63,456 nt of DNA, filler included, from Reticulomyxa filosa (GCA_000512085.1; 15 parts of 15 records of this genome joined end to end with filler, not necessarily neighbours in it); one strand, 5' to 3'. Counted from the first letter of the whole stretch, positions 1 through 13,771 are shown. The notes: generated by a model not told the origin, from the letters alone. Program-made: numbers and translations.

Positions 1-329
1 GACAATTATCTTTATAAGGTGGCATTTTATGTGTCAACTTTCTTTTTTATCTTACTGTATGTTCTATTTCTCAATGAAGATGGATTCAGTCTATTGATAT
101 TAAGTAATGATTTAATCTTGTCTAGGTGCAGTACAAATCAGACTGATCCATATATACTTTAAATCTTGCAATTTTCGCCACTGCATATACTATCTCATTT
201 CAAGTGATATATAATGTCACTTGATCCAGTTTATCTAAGGTATACTATTTTTCAAGCTGCTTCAATAATTTCTGGCACTAAATTTGTAAATCTATGCATT
301 TGTTGAGAATTGTGTTCACAACAAACTTG

Positions 330-770
330 CAATCGACAATATTTGAATTATGTATATTCTTTTTTTTGTTAGTATGGAGCTACGTTCCGGAATGTCTGAT
401 AATTGATTTATACATAATGTTGTACATTGATAAACTGTGACAAATACATTTGTAGTAACACATAAATATTATTTAAAGTTTTCTTGAGCTTTGCAATATA
501 TTGAGTTGATATGATGACTATAACTTAGTATGTAGTCAATTATCAGTCCCAAATACTTGACTTGATCGGATTATTGTAAATTGACTATATTGAGTTATAA
601 TTACATCTTTATATACTTCTATTGTTTTTCATCTTGAATGTGATTGACTTGGTCTTATCTGGATAGCATTGCAACTTTTCTGGAAACAGTTAGACTACAT
701 CATTGCGAGAACAACATAGTCTCGGAACATGCCAATTTTAAAGATACAGTCGAACAATATTACTATAGCG
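330..770 (-). mobile_element. Decayed non-LTR retrotransposon (LINE-like) reverse transcriptase fragment
   Basis: Minus-strand motifs in canonical order, broken by stops and frameshifts: IGMFRDYVVL (~745-710, degenerate F/YADD), KLQCYPDKTKSITFK (~670-630), SDQVKYLGLIID (~570-535), MYKSIIR (~415-395, thumb region). Confidence 0.75.
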
Positions 771-2562
771 TTATATTGTCATATGTTGTTACGATTCCGC
801 ATCATTCTTGATCCAATTTTAGATCTTTTATTTGTCGTAAAGTTCGCACGTTACCAGTATGCACTAAATTCTTAAATCTTTTTCTTTCATTGATATTCGC
901 AAATATGAAGACATTGGAATACCATTTAGAAAAAGTAGATAATATCAATTTTTTTCATATTTTCTACAATTTCTTCTTCTGTTTCGCTTGGTAACATATT
1001 CTTGATAAATATTTATTTGTTCGTTTCAGTATTTTGAACATATTGTTTCATTCTATCTTATGTTCTTTTGTGTAGATTGAATTGTACAAAAATCATTTCA
1101 TCGTTTTCCTTTTTGATTTTCTTCTTCTTTGTTTTCTAGTTTCTCTTGATAATGCATTTAATTGAATTTCACAACAATGATATACAATGAATAATCATTT
1201 AACTGATTTTTGTCAAAGTAAACATACGTTGTCCTAAATGTTTGTTAGAATGTACTTGCTTTCTATTTTGAAGACATAATCTTATACACATTACAAATAA
1301 TTTCATCAATATGTCGTTGATCGTAATGACTTGCAGTCAACTTGTGTAATAACAATACTTGGACAATATTGAGTAAATATTCAAGTATATGTTTTCTGTT
1401 TGACTTCCAAATAGTTTTGTAAGTCAAACATTTGTTTACTTTCATACGTTCTTGCGACATTTAATTGTTGATTATATTGGTTCTTGTATGTCTACATTAT
1501 TTAAGCTCTTTTAATATTAGTTTACATATTTTTGCACTTTTATTCGTTTTTGTTTTCTTCGTCATCACTTGAATGATTTATTCTTTTTTGATACTTTGTC
1601 AGTTTATCTTGCATGTCATTTTGTCGTTTAATGTCAATGGCATTGACTTTAACTTCAACAAATTATTTTATTGTCAGTCATATATTGTTATGTCAGTTGA
1701 ATTTTCTTCGATATCTTTTACTTTTCAATTTTTTGATATTGCTTTAATATTATATTTTTGTGGTTTTTCATTTACTTATGCCAGTATATGACTCAATCTT
1801 GATACATTTTCCAATCTACTAAAGTCAATTGAATTTTTGTCTTTGTTCATCTTTCGAATATGCATTCATTTTTGTAATAAATCGTTGACTTTGTTTCATC
1901 TTTCAAATATGTTCCAATAACTTTCATAAAGAAAAATTTTACAATTAAATTCTTCAAATCTGAATCACTTGAGTTGTCAATATTCCACAATGTAGTTATA
2001 CTACATCCACTGCAATCGTTTGGATATTTCCAATGTTCCAATTATCTGAATGTTTCATAGCTTTTTTACACTAAATAATTTTCTGCAGTAAGGTACACTT
2101 TACCAGCTTGAGAATGATCAAGCTTTTCTCCAATATAAGGTTTAATAAACTAAAGATGTTTGTATTTGCAAACTTCACAAACTAATATTTCTTCAAAAAA
2201 ACAACTTTTTTAGCAAGTTGAAAACGATTACGAAGGGGTAAAAACGTTTTTTTTTTGAACCGTGTCTTTAAAATCCGATTATGCAAGGTATCAATATTTC
2301 TGAAGTTTGCTTTCTTTTCATGCAGAAATTTTACCCAAATATGTTGAAATTAAATTGTTTGATTTCTGCACACAAGTCAACTTATAACAAACAAAAAACA
2401 TATCGATCGAAGTATTATTATTTGATTTTTTTAAAAAAACAAACGTGACAAAACAAAAAAATGTGATTAAATCACAGACACACGAAGCCGAGTTGGTTCT
2501 TGAAAATTTGATCAACGCAAACAAAGTACAAAAAGCAACACAGCTCATTCTCAAAGCCAAAT

Positions 2563-3742
2563 TTAGGTTGAAATGCTCGCAAAAATACTGGTTTTGATAA
2601 ATTCCATCAGAAGAGAGCTGGCAGGTACGTCACTATCAGGCATAGCAACAAACGAATCGCAAAAACTTCTCAAGGTGTTTGCGTCTTTGTATTGTTCGCT
2701 GGCGCAATCCACGGTTTGTAATAACGGTTTGCTGTATGCATTAAGGACGGCAATTTCGTAAACCAGCGCCGAATTGAACACCACATCAGCATTGTGAATT
2801 AATTGAAACATATTCTCTTCTTCTCCTTCTTGTAGCATTCCCCATTTGAATAATGTACCTTCAGCATTGCGACCTCGATGAGCATTATCACGTGAAATTC
2901 GTCGAACTAAGCGAACCACTTGCTCACTGATAAAGTTTAGGTTATCCTTTTTTCCCCCACACAAAAGCAAATTAAGACATTGTTATCGCAAAAGTAGTGT
3001 TTAAAAAAAAGAGAACGTATAAACCGATATTGTATTTCTCTAAACTAGGCTAAAAAATGGAATTGGACACATGAAAATTCGAAACGCTGAGACATGTTGA
3101 GATTTATCGTCGTGCTTTTCAGAGTTGGGCGATTGCACAATATCACCAAGAAGTCGCGGATTCAAACAGAAAATACCCTCCATTATCAACACACTGTTTT
3201 TGTCTTTCAAAGACAATTTGCGTTTGGCTCGTGACTCTTTCAAATGTCCGTCACTCAAGTCAAAGAATGGTTCAATAATTTCTTCTCCTTTCAAAAGTTT
3301 TTTGATGTCCCTTTGTAAATCACTCAAGCGCATTGCATCAATAACTTCGAAATTTAATATTCCTTTGCTATCTCTTGGATGGGTTGGATCATCTCTGTCT
3401 TTATAATACATCTGATCCCCCAAAAAAATGTTATTTGCACATATCGCACAAATTTAAAAAAAAATCGCAAAAACTAAACATCGACTTCTAATCCCAGTGG
3501 AACAAGACCACAAAGTTGCAATTGAATGGCCAACTTGCACGCAAAAGTCGTCTTACCACTGGAACTTGGACCACTAATTAAGACAATTCTTGCACCATGA
3601 TTATGCGCTTGTTTCACTTGCTGCGCAATGCGCACAATTTGCTTGTCGTGATATGCCTCACTCAATAAAATTAGCTCTTTTCCACGTCCATGTTGGATCG
3701 ATTGATTGATATCACCCACACATTGTAACTTCAATATTTTAC
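2563..3742 (-). CDS. Uridine/nucleoside kinase of the large bacterial type (PRK/UK family); 5' end missing; multi-exon
   Basis: P-loop ISGPSSSGKTTFA, VGDINQSI..GKELILLSEAYHDKQI, LIMEGIFCLNP, RLVRRISRD..HRG and ADVVFNSALVYE; GT-AG introns, e.g. 3478-3412. Confidence 0.88.
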
Positions 3743-3814
3743 CTTTTTATTTTTTTCCAAAAAAAAAAAAAAAAAAAGAAAAGCAACCCCTTTTTTTTTT
3801 TTTTTTTTTTTTAA

Positions 3815-3914
3815 NNNNNNNNNNNNNNNNNNNNNNNNNNNNNNNNNNNNNNNNNNNNTTAATTAATTAANNNNNNNNNNNNNNNNNNNNNNNNNNNNNN
3901 NNNNNNNNNNNNNN
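3815..3914. other. Artificial contig linker N44-TTAATTAATTAA-N44 (first of 14)
   Basis: Identical 100-nt spacers with all-frame stops at 3815, 8934, 12070, 17549, 20422, 22488, 40700, 49412, 50641, 53644, 55783, 57662, 61219 and 62350; genes are cut off at these points. Confidence 0.98.
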
Positions 3915-4521
3915 AAAAAAAAATGATAAAATTGTTTACGTTTTGACAAAAAAAAAAATTGCAAACTGACCTCTCATTAATTTTTGTTGGGTCCATTTGC
4001 AAAAAAAAAAAAAAAATTAAACTGGACACGAAAGAAGGGGGAGACAACAGGTCCAAACTCGCGAAATAGAAACTAAAGGAGTACGGACTCTTGCGTGGCA
4101 AGGATTGGTTGACTGAATACATGAGCACTTGTTCAAATCCTTTGTCCTTCATCGCTGAAAACGCACAATCTCGGTCCTCTTTCTTGTCAAACAGTACGTA
4201 AAAACCTGACTGAAATAGCAACACCTCTTTGCCAACAGGGATTTTTGTCTTATGTGCTGGGCTCGACACTTCGCTATGATAAATAAAGACATTCGCCAAC
4301 GTCGAGTTTACTGGGACAATACAGTTCAACACTATCCTGCGGCCATTGACGCTTTCGCGCGAAGTTTGCACCGATTTGCAACTTTTCCCGGCATAATAAT
4401 CGATTAGATACCAGTAAGATGACGCGAATTGTAGCGGAAAAATTTTTTCAAAAAGTGATACATTAAATGGAGAGGAAGTCGCCAATGTCGCGAGAATCGC
4501 GTTGGTACACTGCTTCCACAT
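3915..4521 (-). CDS. Hypothetical protein fragment; 3' end cut by contig break
   Basis: About 165 open codons with coding-like GC, followed by a T-rich intron-like tract; no family recognised. Confidence 0.4.
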
Positions 4522-4988
4522 AGATCATTGCTCACAACTTTGTACGTTGTTGACTAAAGAGAACACAGAAACGGAGCAAATAATATAGAAATTGTTTTCC
4601 TTAACTTGGCCAACACTTGGAGTAACAAAGATAAACAGTAACCAGCAAAGTAAATTGTAAAACATTGACATTTGGTCAGATACTCAATAGTTTTTTTTCG
4701 CAGTTGCTGTCGACCGGGAACTATATTAGCCAACACAGCTATTAGTACAAAAGATCTTCAAACAAAAAAAAAAATTATTAATTGTTCGCCTTTGTGGTTT
4801 AGATAACTTGTTTAATTTGTCTTCATTACTGAAAATTTTATGGCTGTTTAAAATTTCTTCTTACAAATATAGCTTTCACAAACTAATTGATGAATTGTTT
4901 ATCATCAGTTTTGGAAATGCTTTGGTTTGTGAGACGACTGTAAAGGGGTTAAATTACTGTTTTTTGTAAATCGAGACAAAAAAAAAAG

Positions 4989-6291
4989 ATGGCAGCAAAA
5001 GAATTATCTCATGTGGACACAGATTACCTGGCAATGGAAGAAAAAGAGAATGATGACAGTACGAATGAAAATGTAAAGCCTGGAAAAGAAAAAGAAAAAG
5101 AGCACTTGGGGGTGAATTTTCCTCGAATTGCAGGAATTGTAGTGTTAACGTTTGTGATTGTAGTTATGCAAAAAAAATAAGCCAAAATATGTTCTATGAA
5201 CACACGACAGTTCCAACGCCTGTGTTTTGTTGTTATTGTGTGCATTGTCACATTTTATTTTTTCAATATTATAAACCTTTGCACATCAATCTTAGATATT
5301 TGCGCTGATCATTGACACCCTTTCATTTCACAACAACAAAACGAATTATGAAAGTACAAACGAGACCAAGGGAACATCAGCCCATGGTCAATGCCAAGTC
5401 AAAGGAGTTATACCAAAAAATTTTTAAAATTTTGTTTATTTTTGTTTGCGTTGATCCCTTTTTTTTTTTTTTTTTTTTTGTTGAAGTCAATTCCAAAACA
5501 TCACAATCACCACACTAACACAAAAAATTAAAAGACGTGTGGATGGAACCGAGCTGTGTACGAATATCATAGAAATGGAACGTATCCGGACTGCCCAGAC
5601 CCGGGGAAGTACCACATAACATATGGAACGTATTGTGACAAGGACTACAATAGTGACTGCAAAGCACAAAACGCAGGCAATGTGTGGGTTGGATTTTGCA
5701 TTTTGAGTTTATTGTTTAGTATCCCTTTGATCGTTATCATTTTGCCATTGATGTGTCGCAAGAGGGTTATGCCCGCACGCTGTGAAAAACATACAAAAAC
5801 CATTTTATTGGTCTTCTCTGTACTGAATATCATTTGCCAATTTATTGCTCCTGTCGTCTGGCTTGCGCTCGGTATGTTTCCTTTTTTGTCACTCTTTTCT
5901 ATTTGTTACATCAATTTCCCCTTTTCGAATCCAATTTTTTTTTTTTGTTTGTTTAATTATTGATCCGGTCCATGTTTAGCTCTGTGCGATGATGCCGATC
6001 CATACTTTAGTAAAGCTTTTGATTTTCAATCTGCTAATACCCCTGGATAGTTGAGTACTCTATTCTATGATTGGATGCATGTCTATTTTCAGATTTGCGC
6101 ATTTATACACATACATATATCGCTTTGCTTTGTGGTTGTTTTTGTCTATGTACGTTTACAGCTCCACCGTTCTTGTTCTCATTTGTTTTGTCGCTAATTT
6201 AATTGGCACTCTTGCCATGTGCTTTTGTTGGGAAGATAAAAAAAGAACTAAAAAGCCTGGGAAGCGCCAGTTGCCACATGACAATTTGTGA
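4989..6291 (+). CDS. Four-TM membrane protein with claudin/PMP22/amastin-like topology; multi-exon
   Basis: Charged N-terminus, TM1 (RIAGIVVL../IFALII), Cys-containing loop (TCGWNRAVYEY...YCDKDYNSDCKAQNAG), three further hydrophobic helices, basic tail ending PHDNL*. Confidence 0.6.
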
Positions 6292-6766
6292 TATATATAT
6301 CTTTTTTTTTTGGTTTTTTTTTTTCTCTAATATGAGAGAGATACGCATCTCAATTGTGTGTCGAATGTATCTTTGTTAAAAGCATTTAAAATGTCAGTAA
6401 CACAATCCATTGAACACCTTCGTGTCTGTATTTTTTTTAGGAGTGAAAAAGTGATAAACTTGTAATATTTGTGTTTTAATTGGTTCTTTTCTCTCCTCTT
6501 TGATTCTAAACAATCCACAAATGATAAATTTTCTTATTTTTCTAAGCCTAATATTTTGTATTTAAGCATATTATTAAACTTTAAAAAATTATTTAATTAA
6601 AACTCAAGTGTACAACGGTAATCATTTTTTGACAGTAGAAAGAGTAATAGTCCAAAATATATCGTCAAAGACAATCAAACTTGAAATTTGATATTGAGAA
6701 GAAAGGACAAAAAAGGGGCGAAAGTTACATAGAAAAAAACCTAAAAAATCTGAGTTTTCGCAAAGA

Positions 6767-8933
6767 ATGTCCGAACAAGTAAAACACTTGATGACTATTT
6801 TATGGAAAAAGAAATTATTTTTTGTAAAACAGCGTTGACACGTGTATGATTGTCTGTGATCTGTAAACAGAAGGAGAGAGACGTGGTACCAAAAAACATT
6901 GTGCCGGTGCACTACTTTGTATCACTAGTTCCAGATTTGGTGAAACATTTTCGTTTTCTGGGACGCGTAGAAATTGAACTGGTGGTAAAAGAGGAAAGTG
7001 AAAGTATTACTCTGAATGTTCTGGATCTGTCTTTTTTCAAAATCCAGCTCAAAGAAGAGAAGAGTGTGACAGACATCAAATTAGCCGATGTGGTGTACGA
7101 CAGCAAAGTTTCGATTGTCTCATCTGACCTTAAAAAAAAAAGGTTGCAATTTGTATGTGTATGTGTTTGTGTATTGGTGATATGGAATGAAAGAAACAAC
7201 AAGCACGCATCTCATTGCCAAAGAAGCTGTCAATCGGCTCGACTCCACAATTATGCATTGACTATTGTGGAGTGCTAAGCGACAACATGAAAGGATTTTA
7301 TCGCTCCCAATACAAACGTGCAAGTACGTGCATGCCTTATGTCTCCACTCTTGTCCAAAAAAAAAAAAAAAAAAAACAAAAACAATAAAAAAGATGGTGA
7401 AACAGCGTATTGTGGAGTGACGCAATTCCAGGCGACAGACGCAAGAAGAGCATTCCCTTGCTGGGACGAACCAAGCGCTAAAGCAACATTCATTGTGGAG
7501 TTGACTGTTCCAACTGACTTGGTGTGTCTGTCCAATATGCCAGGTATTACGTACACACATAATACATGCACTTGTCATTTGACATTATACGCTATATATG
7601 TATATATATATATGTATACGTTTATACGTTCACATATATACATATGTGTATATTTTCAAATGTGATTGAAATCTTCACATAAGAAAAAAGCGTGAAATTG
7701 ATGGGCTCAATGAAAACGGTGCTGTTTGAAAGATCTCCATTGATGTCCACATACTTGGTTGCATGGTTCATCGGTGAATTCGAGTATGCGGAGTCAAAGA
7801 CGAATCGAGGCATTCCAGTTCGCGTGTGGACTGTCGTCGGCAAAAAAGACACAGGCACTTTTGCTTGCAAAACTGGAGCCCGTTGTTTGGACTTTTATGA
7901 AAAGTTTTCGAGTCACTTATTATTTGTTTAGAGGGGGAGGGAGAGAGGGAAGGAACTGACTCTGTTGTTATTTTTTTTTTTAATGGTTGGCTTATTTGTA
8001 TGAATGTTCATTGAACGTTTTTTGTTTTGTTGTTTTTTAAAAAAAAAAAAACAATTATTTGACAAATTGAAGATACTTTGAAATTGAGTATCCATTGCTA
8101 AAGTGTGACATGATTGCAGTGCCGGACTTGTCATTAGGAGCAATGGAAAACTGGGGTCTGGTCACGTATCGAGAAATAGCTCTGTTGACTGACCAAGCCA
8201 AAAGCACAATTCGCCGTCTTCGATATATCGCAATGATTGTTTGTCACGAGCTGTCTCACCAATGGTTCGGCAATCTTGTTACCATGGATTGGTGGTCGCA
8301 ATTGTGGCTTAATGAAGGCTTTGCATGTTTTATGCAGTACTTTAGCACCATGGCTCTTTTCCCTGATTGGCCTGTTAAATACAATTGTATTTGTTTCATT
8401 TATTGATGTTATTATATACGTTGCAAATGCACGTGTGTACATAATTTTGGCCTGACGTATACAGATGTGGAATTTGTTTGTGACCAGTGAGTACTTACGT
8501 GCGTTTGAATTGGACGGCATGGAGACAAGCCATGCGATTGAAGTGGACGTGAAAACCTCTGGCGAAGCCGAGGAAATGTTCGACGCCATATCGTATTGCA
8601 AAGGGGCATGCGTAATTCGAATGCTGCAAGAATATGTTGGAGACGAGACATTCCGCCAGGCACTGGTTAAGTACTTGAGCAATTTTCGTTATGCCAACAC
8701 AGTCACGGCAGACTTGTGGGATTATTTGAGCAAAGAAAAAGGGGTGCAGATCAGTCCTATCATGGATCGATGGATCAAAGAGCAAGGATTCCCGCTCATT
8801 TCCGCAACACGAAGTGGAGACAAGTTGACACTGACACAAACACGCTATCTGTCATCCGAAACGTCGATGAAAAAACAGGTTTCTAAGAGTGAAGTCACAC
8901 AGATTATACGTACATAAATAATATATATATATA
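6767..8933 (+). CDS. NPEPPS: M1 family (puromycin-sensitive-like) aminopeptidase; 3' truncated
   Basis: [47 protein letters not shown]...WLNEGFA zinc motif, FDAISYCKG; ATG at 6767 followed by intron 6779-6870. Confidence 0.95.
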
Positions 8934-9033
8934 NNNNNNNNNNNNNNNNNNNNNNNNNNNNNNNNNNNNNNNNNNNNTTAATTAATTAANNNNNNNNNNN
9001 NNNNNNNNNNNNNNNNNNNNNNNNNNNNNNNNN

Positions 9034-9254
9034 GAACAGGAACAGGAACAAGAACATTCCCAGAACAAACAAGGAAAAGCACAAAAGTCCTATCGCATCC
9101 AGCACTTTGTGTTAGAATTGCAAATAGTTTCAGTTGAACTGGAGTTGATTGACGACCGCGTAGATTTGGTAGACACTTTTCACTATCACTTGCAATCCAT
9201 TGTGTTGTGTCGCATGAACGAGGTGTTTCTTCAGTTACCAAATCCATTGTAGCG

Positions 9255-9286
<32 letters not shown>

Positions 9287-10104
9287 TATGTATATGTATG
9301 CATTGTATGTTAAAACGTCAACAATTTATTTAAAAAAAGAATAAGAAGAAATTACAACGAATGGATTGGGAAGTGGAAATTGAAGTCGTTATATGTGGAA
9401 GACTTATTTCAGCAAAGTGGCGAAGAGTATCGCTACATCGCGCAATCGCAAGCAAAGACGTCGACGGACGGTAGTAACGCAGTTGTAAACGACGATTTGC
9501 TATCAATGGAAATGGCAATAAAAAAGGGACAAAGAAATGCACCCCATTTGCAAGTGCAATGCGAGTTGAATCCATTGCAGTTGTGTTGGAACCCCAACAC
9601 AATGGCATTGCTGATTCAATGGGCGGCCGCCATTGTGTCCACGAAAGACCCTTCGTTTTGGCTCTGGTGGTCTTCCAAGAGCGAAAAGGCCGCCACTTCG
9701 TGCTTGCAGGTCTTTGCAGTGTATCCCATGTCCGAGCATGCCGAGTGGATAGATGCCATCCAAGGACGGTCGTCGTCTTCTTTCGACGCCACCTCCGGAG
9801 TCACCTCGCGCATCCACGTATGCATCAACGACTTTGGACTCACTCTAAACACTAGTGACACACTGCTTTTCGAAGAGCCCAAAGGTCAAATCACGTCGTC
9901 AGACATTGCCGTCTCCGTCCCATTGTGGAATAGACCCTCCAATTACCGACCCGTTGCACGTATACTCAGCATGCGCGCTCATGCCGACATGCACAGCTAT
10001 CGAACCGGATTGGTCCATGTCTGTGGAGAGCTGACCAATTTGACCTGCAAAGACTTGAGAGCACAAACATTGTTAAATTTTTTTTTTTTTTTTTTTGAGA
10101 TGAC

Positions 10105-10136
<32 letters not shown>

Positions 10137-10645
10137 TACATATAAATATGTATATTTATTATTATTTATTTATTTGTTTATAAATGAATAGGTATGAAAA
10201 TATCTTTGGCTTAAAAGAAAAAGATTTTCCAATTGCCAAGTTTGAGTACAAATGGATTGACAAAGGCAAAGGCGAAGAACAAGAACCTCGTGACTACTCG
10301 TGCAAACTCGATATCTCCATCAATCCAATGCGGTTTGTATATTTGCAATCCTTCATTATTGACATGCACTGCTACATGAAGTCGAGCGTGCTCGACGTCC
10401 TTCTTTCTGTTCGTCCGATTACGCCGCATAATACCATCACCAGCCACGCTTTCTCTAGTCTTGCTTCTCACATCCAATATCTTTGGCAACTCTTTCTTCC
10501 CGAACGTGTTGCTGTCGATTTCAAAACGATTGAGCCAGTCGTTATCATCCCCGTTCACAGAAATAGTCCACGACATGTGGAGTTCAATTTGGGGACCATT
10601 ACACTCACCAATGCCACTCTCATCACCAAAAAAACCTTCCCTTAA
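9034..10645 (+). CDS. VPS13: VPS13-like bridge lipid-transfer protein fragment; 5' missing
   Basis: VPS13-type repeat motifs LKSLYVEDLFQQSG, GELTNLTCKDL, RYENIFG, KLDISINPMRFVYLQSFI, EPVVIIP...EFNLGTITLTN. Confidence 0.7.
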
Positions 10646-11154
10646 CAAATTGAAACCTTTTTTTTTTCCCAAACTTTTTGTAAGCTTATTCCTATTTCAC
10701 AAAAATATCTCTTTTTTTTCAAAAAAAAAAAAAAAAATTAAAAAAAATGGATTGTATTGTTTGTGAAGGTGACCACATCTTTTTTTTATGCTGTTCTTCG
10801 TTACTTCAAATCAAATGAAAACAAAAAATTGTTGCAACCAAAATTATGGTGTGAGTATTATTTGTTTTAAAACTATATTGAGTTGTTCAGAAGATAAATA
10901 CGATACGCCCGATAAGCTGTCGGTGTTTTACAGCAACTTCAACCAAACAGATATCTAATATATATACGATCCTGGGTTATACTAAAAAAGCAAGTATCAT
11001 TGCCAGTAAACCCCCAAAGGGCCCTTTCATTAGGAAAGTTCACTTTCTATCATTTTTTTAATATCAATCTACTTCATATTTTAATATTTGGATTTAAGAT
11101 TCGAGGCTATATAATTATAGTGTTGATAGTGTTTTAAGTATCTGTCCTCTACAT

Positions 11155-11880
11155 TTGAACTCTGAAATGAGCAACAACGCTGACATCTGTCCAGTCGTGT
11201 CAGAATTTTACTTTTGCACTGATAACCACTATCCAAAATATGCACCGATTATTGGTCTACTTGCGCACAATTACAAAAAGAATAAGGACGCCGATGTAAT
11301 TTATGTATTTATTTTTCCTTCGGAAAAAAAAGAAAGAGGGGGGGGGGAGGAAACAAATAAATAATAGACAAAAGGAGTTAGATAATGAAAACAAAAAACA
11401 AACAAACAAACAAACAAACAAAAAGGTGAACGAAGTAACAATAACTGTGAACTCAAGATGGAAATTTGAAATGGAGCCATTATGTATCAAAAGTAGTCCG
11501 ATGAACGGAGAGATCTGCTACATGATATCACTATCAAAGAAAAAGTATATTCAAAAAAAGACGAATTGAAAGAGAACGGCACTTATACTTGCATCGCGGA
11601 GTACTTCGAGCACGTATATTTAATCCCGCATGATTGTTATCCACATTGGATGTGCGTCGAAAAAGCATGTAGCGTTTGGAACCCAATCAAAAACGACAGT
11701 CTTCTTTTATCCAAAATCGGTGAAAACGACATTTTGGAATGCAAAGAATGCAAAACAAAGACGCCCAAAAAGAGCGTTGTCATGTTTGGATATAGGCGTG
11801 ATACAGACAATATTTCGTCTGCCAAGGCTATATATGATGCTGAGCCACGTATGTTTTTATACGTATACAAATGTATTTAA
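11155..11880 (+). CDS. Hypothetical protein with RanBP2-like Zn ribbon; partial
   Basis: WMCVEKACSVWN...CKECKT; exons separated by an A-rich intron; frame slip in an A-run near 11555. Confidence 0.45.
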
Positions 11881-12169
11881 CATTGTATACATATATTTGT
11901 ATATAATTATTGGCACTTGTTTTTACGTTTGCATAAACAACAGCAACAAAAGCCAAAAAAAAAAATTATCAGAAAACTACATCAAAGAAGTTAAGTATAC
12001 CACCTACACATTAATGCTAATGCTTTGTGGTCTTTTTTTTTTTCTACTCCTTTTTTTTTTTTTTTTTTTNNNNNNNNNNNNNNNNNNNNNNNNNNNNNNN
12101 NNNNNNNNNNNNNTTAATTAATTAANNNNNNNNNNNNNNNNNNNNNNNNNNNNNNNNNNNNNNNNNNNN

Positions 12170-12207
<38 letters not shown>

Positions 12208-12286
12208 CCTTTTCCCTATGGTGAAACAACACATATGGCTTGACATTGAAAAAAAAAACAATCACACACGCACAATGAAATCAAAG

Positions 12287-12768
12287 ATCGAGACTATGGC
12301 CAAAGCCATGTGGAAAAGGATTTGCTAAGCTATTTGTTGCGACGATTTAACGGATTCAGTGAAAGTGTAATATACAGCGTGTTGACAAATCGTCCGGTGA
12401 TCATATTGGTACCGTCGTCCACGGCCTACTCCAAAGACCGCGTAAGTAAAATCATTCGGGCGCTGTTGTTGCTGCTCCCTGGAGTCATACATCCACATAA
12501 TATCGAAGAGTGGAGATTGAAGCCGTTGCATGTTCATGATTTGTCCGTTTTGAAGTTGGTCGGAATGCCTTTCCACGTTTGTAGAGAATCCACAGATATT
12601 ATGCGGGAATGGGTGACCGTTGTACAAATCAAACACGATATGGATGATTGGGAACAAGAAGGTCGGATAACATCTGCCAATGACAACTTTACCACTACCA
12701 ATTACAATATTCACAACCACAATGACAATGATTATGCCAATGGTAGCAATAATAATAATAACAATGAC

Positions 12769-12814
<46 letters not shown>

Positions 12815-13104
12815 GTAATAATAATGATAATAACAACCACAAACAAAAGGGTCGTCAAACAAATGGCAAAGTGGATCGTCACACTCCTGGACATTTTATC
12901 AGCACGCCACACACTGAGATGAATGGTCCCAACTTAAAATTTCGTAATACTATCATTGCTAGTAGCAGCTCTTTGAGCAGTAAAGATAAAGAGCAATACG
13001 AGTACTTTGGGCCACTATACCGCTCTCATTCCGAATTGTCCTTGGTTTATAAAATGCTTCATCCTTCCAAGAAATTCAAGGTTTGTTTTTTTTTATTTAT
13101 TTGT

Positions 13105-13137
<33 letters not shown>

Positions 13138-13771
13138 GCACATATTAAAAAAAAAGAATGATCCAGATTTATTTTATCGACACTTGTCTCGAAAGCTATT
13201 ACAAATGTCTTTGCATGTATTCTTATTTTATTGGATGAGTCAACAAATATTACCGTCGGCGGCATCGGATAGCGAAAAGGATAACCCAACCGCACACTAC
13301 CAAGAATTGTTGAACAATTTAGATTTCTTTGAGCCGCAGGACTTGGACATTGCGAAACACTGGTGTCATATTATGCAATGGCAACTGTTTGAACTGCTTG
13401 TTCACAAAACGACTCATTGCTCGTCCATGTTGTCCAAGGTATGTCGCGAGGAGCCAAAGTCATTGTCTCCTATCAAACGATACTTGACCTCGTCGCTGTT
13501 GTCAGCATGTCCTCTCCAAAGCAGGAGACACGAAATCTTGGCACAGTTTGGAACCAAAATCCCGCCTCCTTTGAGAATTCGTGGTGACATGCGCTTCCAT
13601 AAAGGAGCTCCTTCAGACACATCACACACCGACTCATTCCTCCAATCTTCCATCGAACATCCCAACACACAAACCCAAACTACATCCAAAACTCGCAAAC
13701 AAAAGGTTGCCCCTGCAGATAAAAAAAAGAAGGAAAAGAGCTTTTGGCCTGTGCGATTTTGGAAAGCCTGA
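12287..13771 (+). CDS. SMCR8: SMCR8/folliculin-like DENN-domain protein, C-terminal part
   Basis: VIYSVLTNRPVIIL...VSKIIRALLLLLPG...EEWRLKPLHVHDLSVLKLVGM resembles the SMCR8 DENN segment as recalled; intron 13081-13156 joins the two ORFs in frame. Confidence 0.65.
12748..12833 (+). repeat. (AAT)n microsatellite encoding poly-Asn
   Basis: Long AAT run inside the SMCR8-like exon. Confidence 0.95.

Noticed and set aside
12325-12912. Poly-Ile/Val 'membrane protein' ORFs, also at 47760-48506 and 53774-54388
   Set aside because: They are antisense shadows of AAT/GAT-rich low-complexity exons.
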